NCBI GenBank assembly: GCA_973895155.1
Contig: OZ316893.1
Location: forward strand, 22,479,844 to 22,543,843
Source: Marsupella aquatica
Lineage: Eukaryota; Plantae; Marchantiophyta
Direction of reading: 5' to 3'
DNA: 64,000 nt
The notes beneath the pieces were generated by a model. It was not told the origin of the DNA. It searched no databases and saw only the letters and a list, made by a program, of their open reading frames with translations. The position numbers and the translations under genes were made by a program. Within the stretch, counting starts at the first letter, position 1; each line of letters starts with the position of its first letter. Positions 25,006 to 39,015 of this stretch are shown in pieces.

Positions 25006-28000
25006 ACTGTGATGATCATTTGTGTAAAAGGAGTACATTACCAAGCATGTTTCGAAACAAAAAGTTATTAGATCTCGCTTGAGCTAAGCCGTGCAACTGG
25101 CTTTCACCCGGCTCCATAATACCTTTTTATAAATCCTTACACTACTGCAATCATCTGTGATATGTGTGATGGATAACACATTAAACCCACCTACATGGGT
25201 TGCAGCAGAAAGCGTGTTACGTGGCAAAAGCAAATCCCATTACCACCAACACTGGATGGGATTAAAATACATCATTTTCCAATGCACAAATCTCATGATT
25301 GCCACTGTTTCATATAGACCTTCCCATGCTCCTTTATCCACCTTGAGGCAACGCCACAGTTGCTGGGAGAAATGATTGGAATTCTGAACATGCTCAAGAC
25401 CTGTCCAATTATCTTTAACGAATAGTTGTCTTATCCTATAGTCGTGGTTGCATCAAAGTGAAATGAGTGAGGTCACTCTTCCCTGTAGGCTTGCTTGGCC
25501 TGCATCAATTTACTTGGGTGCAAAATCCAGCCGAGGTGAACTCTACACATCCCCAGACACAAAAATTCCATGATGTCAAATTCTCTAGATAACAAGTTTT
25601 CCAAAGGAGTCTGAAGCATGACTGCCAGTATGAAAGGGGCCCTCATTCCTTTGGCATCCTTGTGATCGCACATCAAAGTGTGACAATGTACCCACAACAA
25701 TGGGTAACAATTCAATGCTTTAAGCAGAATAATTGAATTTATCATGGTATGGGGTGACATAGTACACCATATATTGCCACATTTTTATGTGCAATTACCA
25801 GGATGGGTTCATTTGCCTATGTGAACAGTAGACCAAAAGGCTCTCTCACTCACTAAAGCCCAAAGACATTCCATATTTTTGAACAAATCACCAACAAATG
25901 TAAAGTCACTTAGGTAGAAAAAGAACTAAACTGTAGATCATCAATTGACACGGATTTGCAGTAACAAGTAAGCTGGCATAGCAAAGTCGGGTCATTGAAC
26001 TCCAATTTGATCACCCCATCACATGGAACTCATGGCCCAGAAAACTAATAAGAAAATCTTGTGGTCACTGAAAGCTTACTGTATTCTGGCATCCTGGCCA
26101 TGCAGAGACGTGACAGTCAGATTTGTCGGCTCCATTGACCCGCCCTAGTCTCTACATTTCAAAGTTTCAAAATCTACTGTTAAGAGTAACGGTTGAGATG
26201 GAGTACATGCCGTTAAAATTACATGGTGGAGATGCTCCAGCGAATGAAAGCAATGCCCTTACTTAGGCTCGTGGCACAGTAAAGGTGAGTAATGAAAATC
26301 ACTCCATTCGATTTGGAGGAAGTAGTGCACAATGAACAACCAGAGAATTGAAGAATTAAGCTGCGAAGGAGTAGAACTCGCCCACTCTCTGTCCACTTTC
26401 CCTGCATCTGTTCTATTTTTTTTTCAGAGAGAACAAATCTTACTGCTGACATATGGATCCGGGTGAAGAGACAGGAAAAGCTGGTTGCCCAGTAGAAGTT
26501 TTCAGGCATTTGTTTAATGGAAGCTGCTACACTAGTGCAGCAGGTCTCTGTGCAACTGTGCAACACAATGAAATTCATGCTATGCGACCAGTCTTGGCTG
26601 TGATGCATGTTACAGAAAACGAAGATCGGTGGAAAGCATACACACCACCCGAGGTGTACAAGATTCTTTTCTGATGTGAGCGGCAAAGAGAGCACTCACG
26701 ACAAGACACCCAACTAAAGCATCTGGGTTTTACCATTTATGCATAAAGCTGCAGTATAGACGCGCAGGGGCTGTTGCTATGCCCGAAGGTTATGCGTCCT
26801 GATCCCCGTGGCTCAGGTGCATGCTATGAAGTTTGGTCCATGGAAAAAATATTTTCTAGAGGGCAAAGTGAGACAGCTTCTGACAGACGGCTTTGTGAAA
26901 CTGTGTCCTAAAAACTCGAGTCTGAAATTATGGCTTGATGAGGAGATAGGCAAACGAAACAACTAGAAGTGAACAGCATCTGACAGCACAATTTGCTGGA
27001 ATAGGACTACTCGCTAGCTAAGATCTTGAATACATGTATGAGGTTACTGTGTGTGTGGCAACTGAGATTAAAGTCTTTAAGGACCTGCAATCCGGCTACA
27101 AGTCATCAAAGGATTCAAGGGGATTGGACTGTGGGCTTCTTGACAGGTGACAGGCTCCTAGGGAATTTCCTGAATTGCAGTCCATATTAATAATGTCAGA
27201 AAAGGCCCGCAAGGCGACTAGAACGTACAATCGTAGCTCCTTGGTTGCTCATTACTTTCTTCCTGTGAGCCGTCATATGAAAAGATGCAACATCGATCTT
27301 CCAATTCGAGGTGCATCTAATTCTTGCAATACAATTTTGTGGTTGTGATACGCTTCCAAGACAAGGGAGATTTGCACAGCCAGTAGAATTAGACACATGA
27401 TTCAAGAATTAGAGAGTTCTTGGCGATGTAGAGAGAAGGGAATTTTCCTGACAACGGCATATGATATTTGTTACAGGTATGCAAAAGTCGGGTGAAAAGA
27501 GAGCAAGAAAGACAAGGAAACCTGAAACTCGTGATATGTCAGTCGTTTCCAGGAACTTTTACTTCCGAGTGACAAATGGCAACACTCCAGCACTCGGCGT
27601 ATGTAGGAACAGCCCAAAATTCAATGATACCACAGTTTCGTAGAGTGTAAAGACGCATTTCGCCCACAACCGACACACTTAAATGCGGATTCAAAAACAG
27701 AAAGGACAACCCAAAAGGCACAGGGTTTGCTACGGCAGACGAGGAACCAACAATACCTGACATGAACGGCTCTCGGGAACTCCTTCCTCACTAAATCCAG
27801 AACCACATTAGAATGTTGTCGGTTAATAATGGACAGAAGGCTTGAGAATCGCGAAAGGTACTCCACCTGTTCCTAAGCCGACCAGAACTGCCCATAGCAA
27901 CAAAAAAACGCACATAGCAATACATATCTTGCAAAAGGGTCAAATACTGAAGTTTGACCCCTAGGCCTAGTCTTTATTTCTTGTAATGTACATGTCTAGT

Positions 28001-28414
28001 CTACGTAACTAAATGTCAGAATCGGAAGACCGGTCCTGAAGTCTAGAGTACAAATTGTTATCCTGATTCGATGGACTCCTGTAGCGCTCAATCTTGCTAT
28101 TCACTTCGCACCTTTGCCCTGCGTGAATCTCCTTTCCATCCAATAAGCCTCTTTTGTTGAAGAGGACCCACAAGTTTGTGTGCCGAGCTAGCGCATCTCC
28201 GGAATAAACAACCATGAAGTGCGATCTCGCCACATGTGTCCTGTAATTAACCTATTTGACCTCACAAGGGGAAATATAGGACTGCTCCATCTGCCTCGGC
28301 TCCTCCTGATGTTTCTCAGCTCATAATCTTGCCAGGATTTTAAACCGAATCACCCGTTGCAGAGGTTGGACTAAAGTCTCAATGCAGGACAGATTGCTTC
28401 GTGGAATAATTCGG

Positions 28415-31400
28415 TCATCTTAGAAAGGCTCCCGAATCCTTCTTAGTCTCTGATGATTGAGGTTGTACACCAAAGTAATCTACAATGGTCTTTCTTCTCC
28501 TGGAAATGGACCCTGGCGGACTCAAAACTGAGGAAGGGCTCCTGTCTATTTTTGGTTGAGGGCTTTCCAGTTGATCTGCGTTGATGGCGTCGGGCGAGTT
28601 CTCCTTTCCCCCAGGGGAATATTGGAGAACTCTCAACCGTTTCGAGGAAGGAGTTCCTGTACCAATGCGATTGTGACTCGTTCTCAGGCTGAGGATGCCA
28701 GCCGTCGTCTCCAAAGCATTTTCAAATCCTTTTGTATTGGGTCTCGCAGCTTGTTCGTGCTCGTCTTGCAATTCAGAAGATGGCAAGAGAGGACGGGGGG
28801 AAGTCGGTGTGTCAGTTTCTCCAGCAAATGGCTGGACGCGGCTACGGGACTCGTTGGTAACCCCTTGTGCAAATCGGGGCTCATTCATGGTCCAAATTCG
28901 TACCTGCATCATAGCACCAGAACCTCAATTGCCAGACGCTGTGTTGAGGGAATTCGGGACGCATTCAGGCAATGCAGGCAACAGAGACTTGGAAATTCCG
29001 GAATGAAATCTTGAAGGTTCCACACTTACCGTGTAATCGTCAGAACAAGTGGCGATCTTGAAGTAGTCAGTTGGACACCTGGACAGGACATCATCGTGTT
29101 ATGACCAAACATCAACGTCAGCTATCCACATCAATTGCATCCAGATAAACCATCGCCGTCAGCTTTTCAAGTGAACAATGTACCAAAACAATTCATAGGT
29201 TGGAACGAAAAAGCATTCCATTATCAACTATTGAGGCTTTCAAACAGTTCCACAGTGAGAAAATATGAGCTCGTACCACGACACAGCTGTGACTTCCTGA
29301 TTATGGCCTTCCAAAACTGTCGGATCGTTTCCAGGGTCATCAACCTAGCACACGAACAAACGGGAAAATAATCAGCTGTTGTCACAACTCGAGATATCAC
29401 AACTTTCTTGAACTGACAAAGAGCAACCTGGCAATGTCGGTTAAGAATCTCGATGACTGAGGAAAGAGACATACCTTCCAAAGGTAGGCATTGTGATCTG
29501 ATGAACCACTCAATATGTGACTCCCATCGGGGCTAAATGCGGCCTGTGTAGCAAGAAAAAAGATTAGGCCCTGCAGGAGTCCGAGCTTTGCAGCTGAAAT
29601 CCTACCTTCAAACCATTTTATTACTAATAACATACGGCGAGTTAGAAGCGGTCATGATATTTGTTGAATTTAGAGATGAAAACACCATTCAGAAACAACA
29701 GCCCTAATTCATGGCCCTAAGATATACCTTGATGTAAAAAGTGCCCATCACGTGACCCGAAAATGTCCTCAGTGGGCCTCTCTCCGGCCGCATTACATCG
29801 TACATATATATCCTGTCAGTACCCAGAGCAAAAATTCAATTATTCCCAGCGCTTTACCAGAGGCCCCGTCGTCATAAAGTCTGAGCTTATTGAGCAATTG
29901 GAAAGGATGCACAACTTGGAACTTCACTGGAGGAATGCTTACTTGCTGTCAACACATGTTGCAATGAGGCGTGTTCCGGTGGGATCTTGTGATAACCCCG
30001 CAATCCCGTGCAATCTAATCCCCTGAAGATTTGCCAGACAAAACATATTTGAGACTCGAATAGTACGTGAAAACTCCACAGGTATGCTGAATTGACATCT
30101 TGGTCAACCTTGGCCAAACCGAAACATATAACGTTTAAGATAGACCTCTTCAAAGTAACAGATATGCTAAGAACACGCAAAGGAAGAAACCACATCCATG
30201 CCTGAGGATAACACTTTCTTCATGAAGACATGACAATAAATTTGAATCACATTGGAAAGTCCAAAGATTCCCAATTGGGGCAATTGAACCCCAAACGGAA
30301 GTGGTTTAAAATGACCACTGCGCGCTTACGTTTTTCGATGAGGAACCCTGCAAAACTCCGCCTTCTTGTGGAGTTTGTGCAACTGGGACTTTCAGCTTCC
30401 TTGTGTCCCAATATCTTACTACCCTGCATTCGGATGATCAAGGCGGAGTTTCGGTCAGCTTCAATGTCTCTTCTCCAGCACTCCCATCGGGGTTGTAACG
30501 GCCGGGGAAGAAAAGATATCAACTTCCCTCTATCCTAATGGCTACGGAAGAACTGCGTCAAGTTAGTCAATTGACGAGAATATTCGCCAGGTTTCCGACA
30601 AGAATTTCAGGGTTCTTCCTTTGGGCCACGATTACAGCAAACTACAGTATACAGCAAAGGTTGTAGATAATACCACAGCAAGTGACTCACAAACAATTCA
30701 TTGCAACCACACGAGACGTACTCTAGACGTCCCAGCCCCACCAGCGTATTCTAGAGAAAACAGAACATTCCAGACTATCGAAACTTTCATCCTGATGTCG
30801 GACTTCCTTATCGTTCATTGCATCGTTCGGTTTAGCCCTCAGTCTGAATTCTCTCGTCTACGTTCTGAGGACTCGCTCCGCTCCCCCTGAAATAGTTGAT
30901 AGCTACAATCTGGTATAATTTTTGAGCAGGAGAGAAACATACCCATCATTAGCTCCAGCAGTGGCAACCACTCGTTCGTCTTTGAGATAGAGAACGGCTG
31001 TAACACTCCTCGTGTATCCCTGTAGGAACCAGGTACAAGACATTAGCGACGTATGACGAAAGAAAAGCAGACTTCTTTCTTTGGTAGCAAATATTGGGAA
31101 CCTGACAGAAAGATGCATAGACAATGGTGTCGGGTGATACCTGACGGCGACTGAATTTAGCTGTGAATCCTTTGTGGGCGTCCTTAACTTTTGCCACAGG
31201 GCTGTGTTCGAAGATTGCACAACAAGGGCAGAAAGCATGATGAGAATTGCCTTGATCCTTACTAGAAAGAATTCTAACTCGCTCTCAATTCGCAATTATC
31301 TGCTCATGAAAGCATACAACTGTAACAGCAACGCAACTCATCTACATCAACTGACCCGTATGGAACCTCGTCGCGGGCACTCTGCGCACCAGGAGTTCTG

Positions 31401-33723
31401 ATGTCCCAGAAAGCAACACAACCATCACGCGACCCAGAAACAAAGAGATCTGCACTTGGCCAATATTTGAAAGGAAATTATTTACAAGGTTCAAAGTAGA
31501 CTTCAGGCAAACAACGCGGTCACAATGCACAGAAACGAAAAGCACACCTTGACCATTTGGCGAGAAAGCAATTCTCAACTCCACCCATGACGAGGAGGAA
31601 TAGACACTGTAAAGCAATCATTCTAGATGATTTTCGAAGTAAAGCGGAAATCAACAAACTTCAAAGCATTGTAGTTAAACATCAACGATGTTTTTATGAA
31701 AGATAAGTCCAACTTTCAGCAAAGAACGTGACCCACCAGATTCGGTAGGATTGGCACAGAGTGATTTAACACTGCCAGTATGGCCCTTCATCACGCCCAC
31801 TTCCGTTTTGTGCTCAACGTCCCACACCTTGATCTGAATTTCACAGACGAGCAGGATGTGATTGGGGTCCGCAATCCAGCTAGCTCTTAAAAAGGTAGAG
31901 CAAGAAGACTGATTGAAGCAGCGTCCTCTTGGTGAATTGCCAGAAGCACCAACGTCTAAGAAGCCAATTAAGCATAATGATGCATCTCACTAGCATTGGC
32001 CATCAATCAGAAGTTCATTCCACACTCACGGTTTGGTCTCCGGAAGCCGTCAGCATGAAGTTGTCCTCCTGCAAGAACACCCATACACAATCTGTGAAGA
32101 GGGAGTAGCACTAAAGCCTGCTATTGAAGAATTTCATTCCCTTCTTACGTATTAAACGGGCAAACCTTTCCCCCACAGATAAATGAACTTGAGGCTCATG
32201 CCCTTTCTTGCAACAATAATACTTAAATTGTAGGGAACGTAGGACTAAAATGACCATGTGGAGAGATCCCAAGGCCTGGCGAGTCTGCCGATCCCCAGAG
32301 AGGTACCTTGATCCAGCAGGCATCAAAAATCGCATTGGTATGTGCCAACCATCTTGCGGTTCGATTCCTCCCTGCGAGAACGAGAAACCCCGTAAGCTAC
32401 GCGTAATTGGAGTGGTGTTGCAATGTGGTCGTGGAAAAAAGCGAAAACCCAATTCTTATTCTGATAGAAACATACTCGAATCTCGGCAACTGTGCATTAT
32501 CCCAGGGATGGGAAGACTGGTGTTGTAGATGTCGACGAAACCATCTTCATCAGCAACAGCCAAGTAATTTCCATTCCCTCGTTCCTTCGCGATTACCAAC
32601 AATTCAGATTTTGCCTCTTCAGGTTCAACCAACAGGTCTATAGACATTAAACATAGGAGAGATAACCCATCACGGAAAATATACACTAGGGTGCTCCCAT
32701 GTGCCTCACAAGAATCAACGAAGCTGACGAAGGGGCAAATCAAAGGGATAGCTCGACTCGTTAACTCTTCTTCGAATCTTACAAAATTAGAAGAGAAGCT
32801 TTGATCATGCTCGTGGCAACTACGTGAAATAAAATCTTGTTCAGGAAAAAATTCATGGGGTTCCTGTGCTTAACATGATGTTCGTTAGTACTCAGTCACT
32901 TTCTAACAAAGATTCCTACACTCTAAAATACCGCTTTCGCAAGGTTGAAGGCCAGTAGTACATTATTTAACATTGGGGTATTGGAATTGTCGCAAGCCGC
33001 TACGGATGTCAAGTAGAGCCATGAGGTTGTAGACGCACCTTCGTGAAAGATAAAGCAAGTGGTGGTGCCGGGACTCCCGAGTTTTCCATCATTATGACTC
33101 CGGACCTCGAATTTGTTCCATCTGACGTCCACGTCCCCAAATAGGGATACTCGAGCACTGAATCATGCAATTAAATATGAATGAATGAATTCGAACAACC
33201 CAATGCGTACCGAATTGGAGCATGGGAAAATCGATGTCCACAGGTGGCCCAGAGTCATCATTGCAAGGCAGACAAGGAGGTCAGCACAGAGGAGAATGAC
33301 CTACTTCAATGACGACCAATCTCCCTGATATGATCTAAGTACCTAATGTGGTGACCAACACATCTCTGATCTGACCTAGGACGACATCCAGAAACTGATT
33401 GCTGTAATCTCTGCGTAGCTACCCAAATTCTAATAAAAGAAGCTCTATCTCTGTTCCAATCTTTAGAGTCCTCAACGAATCTCGAAATGTCAAACAGCAA
33501 TTGATGACGAATAATCGGACGAAAGGCGATGAGGTCTCACACTGATGCAAAATCTGTATCTTAACACAAAACACGAAAACAAAACAAAAGAATTGATACC
33601 TTTATGGGGACGAATCTGCCGTAGGGTAAGCGACTGATACAGAGATCCTCGAGCCCCCGAAAGGGCTGAGAAACCTGGAGGCCGGGAGGGCATGTTGTCC
33701 GAAACCTTACAGTACTCCAGCAT
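28415..33723 (-). CDS. CDT2: Denticleless homolog CDT2/DTL (WD40 substrate receptor of CRL4); multi-exon, 5-prime exon structure between 33600 and 32590 not fully resolved
   Basis: Exons read LAVADEDGFV, WLAHTNAIFDACW, MLTASGDQT, IKVWD..GHTGSVKS, FVSGSRDG, SVTAVLYLKDE, YWDTRKLK, SPDGSHILSGSSD, LEGHNQEVTAVSW, KIATCSDDYTVRIW, and C-terminal SPSSVLSPP..RRKTIVDYF, all with GT-AG junctions. Confidence 0.9.
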
Positions 33724-34821
33724 TTTCCTCAGAGGGAAACCTAGTTGCTTTTCGGAAGCAAATACTGATGTGGTGAGACTTCAGCATCTTATACTGCCGA
33801 TCCAACTTTATAGAGTTCACAGAATTCTAGGAAACATCTGCACAAACACAGGCTTACATCAATAAAAATATGTGAGTCAGTTTCTGGAACTGTCACATAC
33901 AAGCAGCCAGTAGACCAGGACATAAAATTGCCCAAAACTTCCTTCAGTGAGAAGGATAAGTGAAGGTGAATTTCGCAAAATTAGAAGTTTCCCGGGTAAG
34001 TATTCCCACCAGAGTTGTTACCATGTTAGGGCACTCTTGTTCACACAAACACGAAAACATTTTCATCTTCTATGTCCATAGAAGCCAAAGCAGGGCTCTT
34101 ACGTAGGAATGCATCGGAATTCAGACCAAACTTGGCCCATCCGGAACACGAAGGCTCAATTGGACCCCCGCTCGGAAATCATCAGCTCATGACGACCAAA
34201 TGTCTAATCAGGTCAGAGAACGGATGGGAAAAACGTCAGCGAGTCGTATGAGCTGAATAACCCAACTTTGCTACTCCCACTGCCGATTAATAACCCACCC
34301 GTCTGCGTGGTTCATTCGACCCACCTGTGCACTCGCTGACTACCGAAGCAAGAGATGAAGTGCCCCAGTCCAAAACAGATTGAGCAATCAGCCCCCAATC
34401 AATCAGTCCACCACAGGAAGAAACGATGAATCATATCAAACCAGGCTCTTCTTCGAGTTGAATCCAAATGAAGTCTCTAACCCAACTTCTTTCACGAACG
34501 CTGCACAGCGATGAGAAGTCTATAGTCAATCCGTCCACTCAGATCAGATTCCATTGCATCGAAAGCTCTCTCGCCAATCCAAGTTTGAGTCCCCTCCCAC
34601 TTCTTCCAAAGTTGCCGTGAGAGATGACATACCGCAGACGGCGGGTGCTATGCCATGGAGTGGCGAGAGAAAAAAGCTCTCTCGAATGCGGAGATGGAGT
34701 CGAATGCGGAGATGGAGCAGAGGAGAGGAGAGGAGAGGAGAGCAAACGAAGGAGGAGAACGGGAAATTTCTTGAGGAGGCGGACTTGAAACTGGACGAGG
34801 AGAGACGAAGGCAGTGGAGAT

Positions 34822-34830
34822 GGCGGGAGA
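34822..34830 (-). promoter_or_regulatory. E2F-type site TCTCCCGCC upstream of CDT2
   Basis: Matches the plant E2F consensus TYTCCCGCC and sits beside the CT-rich putative 5-prime UTR of an S-phase gene. A one-mismatch copy lies at 58412-58420 upstream of RFC. Confidence 0.4.
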
Positions 34831-36197
34831 GACGGTCCTTTCCATCTGTTTGAATGTGGGCCGTAGATCCAAGTCGATGGACGGTGGAGCTATCCAGCCG
34901 GGTAATGCTCGTCTAAGTGCACGGTATGCACTACGGAATACCTCTAGGGTAAGCCATGGCCATTATGAGGTGTAAGGCCACAGTATGTCGACCCCCATAG
35001 CTGTGAGACACATGGGAGACCATATAGTTCATAAATCAGACCTTATGTCTTTCATTTGACAATATTTTCAGGCCCTGTGTTGAATTTTGATTGGCCCACA
35101 TTGACCCTGACAGGATTCCCCTCCTCCTGCAGCCCTCAAATGTGCTCAGAAACCGTATAATATGTAATTAGACATTAAAATAGACCCTGAGATGTATCAC
35201 TAGGCAAACACCATTATCATTCAACGAATGAACTCTGCCTGAGGGGATTACAGCCATGGCCCCCAAGCCGCCATGGATTAAGCAGTGGAATTGGGAGTGT
35301 AGTTTTAATCCACTTATGACCTGAAAATTGCATCCAAATTTTCTAAGCCTCCAGGTAGGCTAGCAAGGGGGCCTAAATTTCACAACCCCCAAATCAGGCT
35401 AGCAGGGGGTAATGGCTCATAAGCATTGATCACAATACAACAACAAAAAGTACACCAGGGGGTTATGTGCATTGGACATCATTTATCTCCAAATGTGCAC
35501 TTGTTTGTAAAACTTAATGGCTTTGTGAATTTTCACTTTGTAAATTTTGGTGCATTTTTGGAGAAGAGTATATTAATGTCCTGTTAAAAAAAGCATTATG
35601 GACAACTGTAGCCCCTCCAAAGGGCTAACTTCTTCATTTTTCATTTTCAGGGCATTATGATACACAATGCACTAGCTATAAACAAGACATTACTATATTT
35701 AAAGTAACGACATGATCCAATGGAGGTGCAGATTTAAAATAGTGTAAGTGCGGCTTTAAAAGACTTTGGGGACACTTGTAACTTCTTTCCCCAAGGCAAC
35801 TGGAGGCCACTTCTTGTTCTAAAATATAGACACCACTTCCATTTAATTGTAAACAAAACAGTAAATTCTCTGGAACTGAATGTTTCCAAGTGAGAAACAA
35901 TGGATTAATTATTTGGATTCTAGACTGACAATGAAAATTCTCATTCCTAGATGGGATTGATGCTGCCTACTGGCCTTGTTTCATTGAAAGCTTTGATCCC
36001 AAGAAGACTAAATGGTGGTGGACACAGCAAATGATTTTGACTGAGCTTCAACAAGTGTAGTTACATTACAATTCCATGGTTACCCTAGCTAGTTAAAAAT
36101 AACTCTGATGATGAAAATGGTAATGGTTTGAAACACAACTCAAAAGACATCTGGATGTTTAAGGCTAGTACCTTTCAAAACCTTAATAGAAAGTTTT

Positions 36198-36489
36198 TTT
36201 TTAGTATTGCTCTTAGTCTTGTGACTTTAGGGCTAACCGTAGTTAGGCTAACTCAGGTTAGGACTTAGCTTAGGTTAGCAGTGATGCACGTTATATATAA
36301 CCAGGGCTGATGTCAGCCCCTGGTGGATCTTCAGTTCATTGTTGGAGTGGAGCAAGAGAGAAGTAAAGGTCTCTTGCTTTCCCGTCGATGTAGCCTCAGT
36401 CGTGAGGTGAACCATGTACTTGCTGTGTCGACTACTTTGTATGGTGTTCACATGTGCATGGTGTCTCGGGATAAGGATTATCCCCAACA
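36198..36489 (+). mobile_element. Old solo LTR related to the 38-43.8 kb copia family
   Basis: Contains CCCGTCGATGTAGCCTCA..GAGGTGAACCATGTA..TGTGTCGACTA, shared with the young LTR. Ends CAACA and is flanked by GTTTT at 36193-36197 and 36490-36494. The 5-prime TG has decayed to TT. Confidence 0.65.
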
Positions 36490-36566
36490 GTTTTTGTCCT
36501 TGAAAGACACACCAAATAAGGCACCAAACCAAATTTTAGTCTCAAGGGGTTCACTAAGTATATATT

Positions 36567-36910
36567 TGTTGAGCATAGATGACAATTGTAACGACAAGCC
36601 CATGAACCATCCAACGCACAAGAGGCGACACAAAGAGATACGTGGTTCACCTCCACATGAGGCTATGTCCATGGGAACACACAAGAGCTTTATTGCACTC
36701 TAGGCCGACCGACCATTCTAAGCATCCACAACGCAAGCTCTCCCTATCTCTCAACTAGCTCCGTAACAATGAGCCTAAGTTCCCCCTCTCCAAGCAAACA
36801 TGGCTTGGGTATAGAGTGTGCACAACATGACTAACCTAACCAAGTCTGCAACTAAGGTTAGCCTTAACTACGGTACAATTGTTATCTAGACCTATGAGTA
36901 AATTCTAGCA
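36567..36910 (-). mobile_element. Solo LTR of the same copia family, reverse orientation
   Basis: TGTTGAGCATAGA...GAGTAAATTCTAGCA is a diverged reverse complement of the 38029-38485 LTR. TG..CA ends; TSD ATATT at 36562-36566 and 36911-36915. Confidence 0.85.
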
Positions 36911-38028
36911 ATATTTTGGGGTACCATGTGCAATCCTAGCCTAATATAAATAGATTTATTTATAAAGAAAATATAGATTTCAAGAATATTTTACATTTTC
37001 AATATTAATAATCTATTTTACTTTACATAAGGTATATATTAGATAATATTCTATAAACATGAGTTTCTAATAAAAAAAATGTATCCTACGATTTTTTTTT
37101 AAAAATTGTTAATTTCTATCAAAAATATATTTTTTGGATCGCCCGTGGTTCCTAAGATTTTTGATAGTCAACCCCTGAGATTTTAGTATATGGATAGGTT
37201 TATTGTCTCTGGTTTTCTATCAAGTGTATGACTGTTGCGAAAGGAGTTTAATACTACCTCAGAATTGCCACTTATTTTTCAATCAATTGTGTAATGCAGA
37301 GATAATAGGGAGGGTATCCACAATATCTAAGTAACAATTTTGGTCAATATATTTATGGTAGGGTATTTCAGATTAGTCAAAAGCTAACTTTTCCTTCGTA
37401 TTATGAGAAGATTCTTTTCTTATTAACTTGTGATTTTGTGACCATCAAATTATGGTGTTCCTGTTGTGCAAGGAGCAGTAGAGATACTATAGTGGATACT
37501 TATACTAGAACAACATCCTAAACCTAAATGGTGTAAAGAGTAGTGCCTCAAATGGTGAGGCAAGTCAGCGTAGTGGACAATTCTATCTGCAATTTGAAAA
37601 TTGTTCTCTATGGATTAAGAGTATTTGGTATGTATGTGAAGATGATTCCAATTAAATCAGGAGTTGCATAAAGATAGGAGCAATTGTAGATACAATCATG
37701 CAGTTTCATAGTAAGCCTTCAATATATCCTCCATATATATATAGTTTAAGATTTTTCTAGTGCTTTTGTTTGCCTATAAGGTTTGTATTCCCCCTAGAGA
37801 GAAAAGTCACCATAAATGTATTATGTGTGCATTTTTTGGAAAATAGTGTGTGACCTGAAATTTATAAGAGTTGAATGGTATTTTAGATATTGTGTAAAAC
37901 TCTATTATAAGACAACTAAGGTTACAATTTAATGATTGAACCTTTCTTATAACATTAACAAGGGAATTTATATGAATAAAAAATATGAAGAAGTAGAAGG
38001 GGGGAGGGGCGTTCTTAGAGGGGTTAAC

Positions 38029-38485
38029 TGTTGGGTATTTACTCTTACGTCTAGGTTAGGTATGACGTGGTTGGTACAACAACGTGGGTTGGTACAACTA
38101 CGTGGTTAGGTACAACTATGTGGTTAGGTACAACTACGTGATTAGGTACAACTATGTGGTTAGGTACAACTACGTGATTAGGTACAACTATGTGGTTAGG
38201 TACAACTATGTGGTTAGGTACAACTAAGTTGCACACTATATCATAAGAGGCATGTGTGCTTGGAGAGGTAGAACCAAGGCTCATTGTTATGGAGCCACTT
38301 GAGAGATAGGGAGAGCTTACACTGTGGAGACTCGGTATAGCCGACGGGCTTAGAGTTCAGTAAAGCTCTCTTGTGTGTTCCCGTGGACGTAGCCTCAAGG
38401 AGGTGAACCACGTATCTCTTGTGTCGACTATTGTGCGTTGGATGGTTCATGGGCTTGCCGTTGCGATCGTCGTCTATGCTCAACA
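38029..38485 (+). repeat. 5-prime LTR (457 bp) containing 9 copies of an 18-bp repeat
   Basis: Unit AYGTGRTTAGGTACAACT at about 38065-38226. Confidence 0.95.
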
Positions 38486-39015
38486 ATTGGTATCAGAGCA
38501 TGCTTGGGAGGTGACGTGTGTTCGTGACGGGATTTCATGACGGTTTTTCCAGCGTTGAGTGTTGGTGGATTTTCCAGAGTTCCATCGCATGGAACTTGGA
38601 GTTTATGGGCTCAACGGATAGATCAGGGCAAGAGCTTTCTAACGGTGTGAAGAAATCGTTGAACGGAGCTCGTGGTGCAGAGAGATCTAAGTTTTCGTCG
38701 TTCTGGATTTTGTGAAGAAAGTTGGCAATCGACTCAGAGGGAGAAGCGTCAAGTGTTTTGACTCAACGGAGAGATTGAGGCAAGATGATTGTTTTTGAGT
38801 CCGGGATTGGCTCTTTGATGCAAAGAGGAAGGCTAAGCAAAATCAATTACCTTGTTGGACTTGGTGACGGTACCAAGTGCAATTGATCAACATTCGTTGT
38901 TGACAAGGGGCAGAGAGAGGAGCAGGAGGAAGAGCACGTGACACCGATACCATCACCGGTGCGGCGTGTGGTGGAGGAAGCAGTACTACTACCGGAGCTC
39001 ACGGTAAAGAAGAAG

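Noticed and set aside
25150-26700. Short ORFs with a faint resemblance to LINE or transposase remnants
   Set aside because: No diagnostic motif could be confirmed by eye.
37200-37720. Possible CACTA-associated coding remnant (YYEKILFLLTCDF)
   Set aside because: The similarity is too weak and fragmented to support without a profile search.
38051-38284. VVPNH-repeat peptide ORFs (also 43360-43611)
   Set aside because: They are antisense translations of the 18-bp LTR array, open only because the unit length is a multiple of 3.
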